A program made the translations under genes and the position numbers. Shown here one piece after another: positions 60,401-64,000 of a DNA stretch of 64,000 nt (its first letter is position 1; every line of letters begins with the position of its first letter). A model generated the notes under the pieces. It made no database searches and was not told where the DNA came from. It saw only the letters and a list, made by a program, of their open reading frames with translations. Source of the DNA: Candidatus Hypereutrophica brisbanensis (GTDB taxonomy: Bacteria > Pseudomonadota > Alphaproteobacteria > Pelagibacterales > Pelagibacteraceae); NCBI GenBank assembly GCA_038147375.2, contig JAYQTL020000005.1, positions 10,218 to 74,217 of the forward strand. Direction: 5' to 3'.

Positions 60401-61026
60401 TAAAGTTTTATAAAATTATCAATTATTTTTAGTCCAATTTTATCACTTTTTTCTGGATGAAACTGAGTACCAAACAAATTATCTTTTTCAACAGCACAGA
60501 CTATTTTTGTAGAATAATCTGTTGTTGCAGAAATAACTGACTTATCTTCTGGAATAAATTCATAACTATGAACAAAGTACATGTGAGATTTATTCTGGAT
60601 CCCATTAAAAATTTTACTATCTTTAGTTATTTCAATTTCATTCCAGCCAATATGAGGTAATTTGAATTTTCCATTTTTGTTATCGATTTTTGAAACTTTC
60701 CCAGCAATCCAGCCTAAGCCTTTTGTTTCTGCTTCTTCATAACCTACATCTCCAAACATTTGTAAGCCGACACATATTCCAAGGAGTGGTTTTCGATTAG
60801 AAATTGCAAACTCTTTAAGAGCATCAACTAAACCATTGATACTATTTAATGACTCAACGCAGCTCTTAAAAGAACCTTGGCCTGGTAAAACGATTTTGTC
60901 GCTAGATTTTATTTTTTTGATATCTGAAGTAACTTCAATATTTACTTTATCTTTAGCTACCTCTGTAAAAGAATTTATAACTGAGCTTATGTTGCCCGAT
61001 TGGTAGTCAACAATTGTGACATTCAT
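60400..61026 (-). CDS. hisH: Imidazole glycerol phosphate synthase amidotransferase subunit
   Basis: LPGQG, GICVGLQ, PHIGWN, YFVHSY, QFHPEKS. Confidence 0.96.
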   Translation of the reverse strand: MNVTIVDYQSGNISSVINSFTEVAKDKVNIEVTSDIKKIKSSDKIVLPGQGSFKSCVESLNSINGLVDALKEFAISNRKPLLGICVGLQMFGDVGYEEAETKGLGWIAGKVSKIDNKNGKFKLPHIGWNEIEITKDSKIFNGIQNKSHMYFVHSYEFIPEDKSVISATTDYSTKIVCAVEKDNLFGTQFHPEKSDKIGLKIIDNFIKL

Positions 61027-61031
61027 TAAAT

Positions 61032-61622
61032 CTAAATAGAACCTTTTGTCGATGGTATCGAATTTTTAATTCTTTTATCTATCGCTAAAGCATCTTTTAA
61101 TGATCTAGCTAAACCTTTATAGCAAGACTCAATTTTGTGGTGACTATTTTCACCATAAATATTTTCAACGTGTAAGGTTACACCTGCTGCTTGAGAGAAT
61201 GCTTGAAACCACTCTTTGAATAATTCAGTATCCATTTCACCAAGCTTCTCTACTGCTAAGTTTACTTTCCAAATTAAATAAGGTCTGTTTGATACATCAA
61301 TCGAAACTCGACTTAATGTTTCATCCATAGGGATGATTGTTGAAGCATATCGAGTTATACCTTTTCGATTACCCGCAGCTTTTTTAATTGCCTCACCAAT
61401 TGCAATTCCAGTATCTTCTGTTGTGTGGTGTAAATCAATATGAGTATCACCTTTTGCTTTAACTTCTAAATCTATCAAAGAATGTTTTGATAGTTGCTCT
61501 AGCATGTGATCCAAAAAGCCTATTCCAGTTTCAATTTTATATTTTCCTTTTCCGTCTAAGTTTACTGAAACAGAAATACTGGTTTCTTTAGTCTTTCTTA
61601 TAATTTTTGCTTTTCTACTCAT
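61032..61622 (-). CDS. hisB: Imidazoleglycerol-phosphate dehydratase
   Basis: [23 protein letters not shown]. Confidence 0.97.
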   Translation of the reverse strand: MSRKAKIIRKTKETSISVSVNLDGKGKYKIETGIGFLDHMLEQLSKHSLIDLEVKAKGDTHIDLHHTTEDTGIAIGEAIKKAAGNRKGITRYASTIIPMDETLSRVSIDVSNRPYLIWKVNLAVEKLGEMDTELFKEWFQAFSQAAGVTLHVENIYGENSHHKIESCYKGLARSLKDALAIDKRIKNSIPSTKGSI

Positions 61623-61692
61623 AATAATTAAGTCAATTTAGCCAATGATATATATAGAAATTAGTATTTTATCAATAAATGCTATTTAACTA

Positions 61693-61719
61693 TTGAAGAT
61701 TTCAAATTAGTCTCCACAT
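61693..61719 (+). promoter_or_regulatory. Putative RpoH-type promoter of hslVU
   Basis: TTG-N18-CCACAT, 8 nt before the hslV ATG. Confidence 0.55.
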
Positions 61720-61727
61720 ATTCTAAA

Positions 61728-62267
61728 ATGAATACAGCTGAAAAATGGCATGGAACTACTATTGTATTGCTAAGAAAAAATAATGAGACAGTAGTTGCAG
61801 GTGACGGTCAAGTAAGCTTGGGCAACACCATTCTAAAAAGCAAAGCAAAAAAAGTTAGAAAAATTGATAAACGTGGAGTTATAGCTGGGTTTGCTGGCTC
61901 AACTGCAGATGCTTTGACTTTATTTGAAAGACTAGAAGCTAAATTAGAAAAACACGCAGGCAACCTTCCACGTGCTGCTGTAGAATTAGCAAAAGATTGG
62001 CGAACAGATAAATATTTAAGAAGACTTGAAGCCTTGATGGCGGTAGCTGACAAAGACACAAGCTACATTATATCAGGAACAGGAGATGTGTTGGAACCTG
62101 AAGATGGAATTATTGGAATTGGCTCTGGTGGAAACTATGCACTTGCAGCTGCAAAAGTTTTAATGGAAACAAATTTATCAGCTGAGGAAGTCGCGAGAAA
62201 AGCTATTAAGATAGCATCTGATATTTGTGTATTTACTAATAACAATATTACGGTAGAAAAAGTTTAA
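61728..62267 (+). CDS. hslV: ATP-dependent protease peptidase subunit
   Basis: [27 protein letters not shown]. Confidence 0.97.
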   Translation: MNTAEKWHGTTIVLLRKNNETVVAGDGQVSLGNTILKSKAKKVRKIDKRGVIAGFAGSTADALTLFERLEAKLEKHAGNLPRAAVELAKDWRTDKYLRRLEALMAVADKDTSYIISGTGDVLEPEDGIIGIGSGGNYALAAAKVLMETNLSAEEVARKAIKIASDICVFTNNNITVEKV

Positions 62268-62270
62268 TTT

Positions 62271-63647
62271 ATGAAAGAAGCTAATAAAGTTACTAATCTA
62301 AATTTAGTTATAAACGATAAAAAAAATGAAAGTTCTAGAGTAAGCGCTTTATCTCCAAGAGAAATCGTGTCTGAACTTGATCGTTATGTTATTGGACAAA
62401 CAAATGCAAAAAAAGCAGTCGCAGTTGCTTTACGAAATCGATGGCGTAGACAAGCGCTTGATGCAGAAATGCGTGAAGAAGTATTGCCTAAAAATATATT
62501 AATGATCGGACCTACTGGTGTAGGTAAAACAGAAATTTCAAGAAGATTATCTAAATTAGCACAAGCACCCTTTATAAAAGTTGAAGCAACAAGATTTACT
62601 GAAGTTGGCTATGTTGGTAGAGACGTAGAGCAAATTATTAGAGATCTTATAGAAATTGCTATTGCTTTAGAAAAAGAGAAAAAAAGAAAAGAAGTTTATG
62701 CAAAAGCACAATCATCAGCTGAAGAAAAAGTTTTAGATGCTTTAGTAGGCAATAAAGCTAGTGCTGCTACTAAAGAAAGTTTTAGACAAAGATTAAGAAA
62801 CGGTGATTTAGATGACACTGAAATAGAAATTGAGGTTAATGAAAACCCTTCAAACATGCAAAGTTTTGAAATACCTGGAATGCCTGGAGGCAACATAGGA
62901 ATGATTAATGTTTCTGAGATCTTGGGAAAATCAATGGGTCAAAAAGCTAAAAAGAAAAAAATGACTGTAAAAGAATCTCATGAGATTTTAATCAATCAAG
63001 AATCTGATAAACTAATTGAGCAAGATAAAATTATTAGTGAAGCTAAAAAATCTACTGAAGATAACGGTATAGTTTTCTTAGACGAAATTGATAAAATTTC
63101 TGCAAGAGGAGATCGTGTTGGAGGTGATGTGTCTCGTGAAGGAGTGCAAAGAGATTTATTACCATTAATAGAAGGAACAACTGTAAGCACAAAATACGGT
63201 CCTATTAAAACAGATCACATATTGTTTATAGCTTCTGGAGCTTTTCAATTAGCTAAACCTTCTGATCTTTTACCAGAACTTCAAGGTCGATTACCAATTA
63301 GAGTAGAATTAAATGCTCTTTCAGAAGATGATTTTAAAAGAATTCTAAAAGAACCAGATAATAGTTTAATTAAACAATATGCAGCATTACTTAAAACTGA
63401 AAATGTAGATTTAGAATTTACTGAAGATGGAATTGATTTAATTGCTAAAGTTTCAGCAGAAGTTAATGCTTCAGTTGAAAATATTGGAGCAAGAAGACTA
63501 CATACACTTCTTGAAAAAATACTTGATGAAATTAGTTTTACTGCACCTGACAGATCAGGTGAAAAAATTATTATTGATAAAAAATACATAGAAAAAAATC
63601 TTGGCGAATTAGCTAAAGATATGGATCTAAGTAAATTTATTTTATAA
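62271..63647 (+). CDS. hslU: ATP-dependent protease ATPase subunit
   Basis: [39 protein letters not shown]. Confidence 0.97.
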   Translation: MKEANKVTNLNLVINDKKNESSRVSALSPREIVSELDRYVIGQTNAKKAVAVALRNRWRRQALDAEMREEVLPKNILMIGPTGVGKTEISRRLSKLAQAPFIKVEATRFTEVGYVGRDVEQIIRDLIEIAIALEKEKKRKEVYAKAQSSAEEKVLDALVGNKASAATKESFRQRLRNGDLDDTEIEIEVNENPSNMQSFEIPGMPGGNIGMINVSEILGKSMGQKAKKKKMTVKESHEILINQESDKLIEQDKIISEAKKSTEDNGIVFLDEIDKISARGDRVGGDVSREGVQRDLLPLIEGTTVSTKYGPIKTDHILFIASGAFQLAKPSDLLPELQGRLPIRVELNALSEDDFKRILKEPDNSLIKQYAALLKTENVDLEFTEDGIDLIAKVSAEVNASVENIGARRLHTLLEKILDEISFTAPDRSGEKIIIDKKYIEKNLGELAKDMDLSKFIL

Positions 63648-64000
63648 TTTTCTTAATTTAACTAATATTGCACCCTCACCACCATCAGCAACAGTTGCTG
63701 GCTCTATAGAAATGATTTTTTGAGAAAGCTCATTGTTAGTATTAAGATATTCAGGCACAGAGAACTTTAATTTACTTAAATCTTTTGAAACATAAGCATC
63801 AGAGTCTGTATTTGAGTGCAATCCTTTACCTGTAATTAATAATATTTCGTTAAAGCCTTTTTGCTGACAATCAATAATTATTTGTCTTACTTTAGTATTG
63901 GCTTCATCAAGCGTATAGCCATGTAAATCAAACCTAAATCTTTTCCTTGGGATTATTTTATTTTTCTCTTTTATATCTTTGTCGAAAATATCTTTTGGAT
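63642..64000 (-). CDS. Smr/MutS2 domain protein, 3' part (start outside window)
   Basis: Manual translation: ...[11 protein letters not shown]...LITGKGLHS...[14 protein letters not shown]. Confidence 0.88.
   Translation of the reverse strand, partial: PKDIFDKDIKEKNKIIPRKRFRFDLHGYTLDEANTKVRQIIIDCQQKGFNEILLITGKGLHSNTDSDAYVSKDLSKLKFSVPEYLNTNNELSQKIISIEPATVADGGEGAILVKLRKL

Noticed and set aside
1-64000. CRISPR arrays, transposases, prophage, rRNA, metabolite riboswitches
   Set aside because: No spaced direct repeats, no mobile-element proteins, and no intergenic region that I recognise as glycine, SAM or TPP riboswitch; visual inspection only

Overview
AT-rich, very compact alphaproteobacterial chromosome segment. 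Gene content, order and tiny or overlapping intergenic spaces point to a SAR11/Pelagibacterales genome (inferred, no search run). It is mostly core genome: sdhCDA(start), asd, leuBDC, rplS-trmD-rpsP-ffh with a structured ffh leader RNA, dapF-ftsY, ccmCDEFGH, hspQ, ispZ, argG, folD, hemCD, tsaD, ppdK, acs, an ActP-like symporter, rpe, purH, tRNA-Gly, ftsK-lolA, hisBHAFE and hslVU. A ~14 kb co-oriented organic-acid block carries a PagL-like gene, lldD, an aminotransferase, glcDEF, a glyoxylate reductase, TRAP dctPQM, an amidase, a small membrane protein and an EamA transporter. I saw no mobile element, prophage, CRISPR array or defence system. At least six genes have small indels that look like sequencing errors. 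Best leads: (1) a TRAP + malonamidase-like amidase + 63-aa membrane protein + EamA module, possibly for acid-amide scavenging; (2) a stand-alone hairpin with an anti-Shine-Dalgarno loop between hspQ and ccmC (candidate sRNA); (3) an extra three-way junction upstream of the ffh motif; (4) an EF-hand-type loop in the ActP-like symporter; (5) tandem Tas-like reductases sharing a 41-bp identical patch; (6) RpoH-type promoters with leaderless geometry. All functional proposals are hypotheses.
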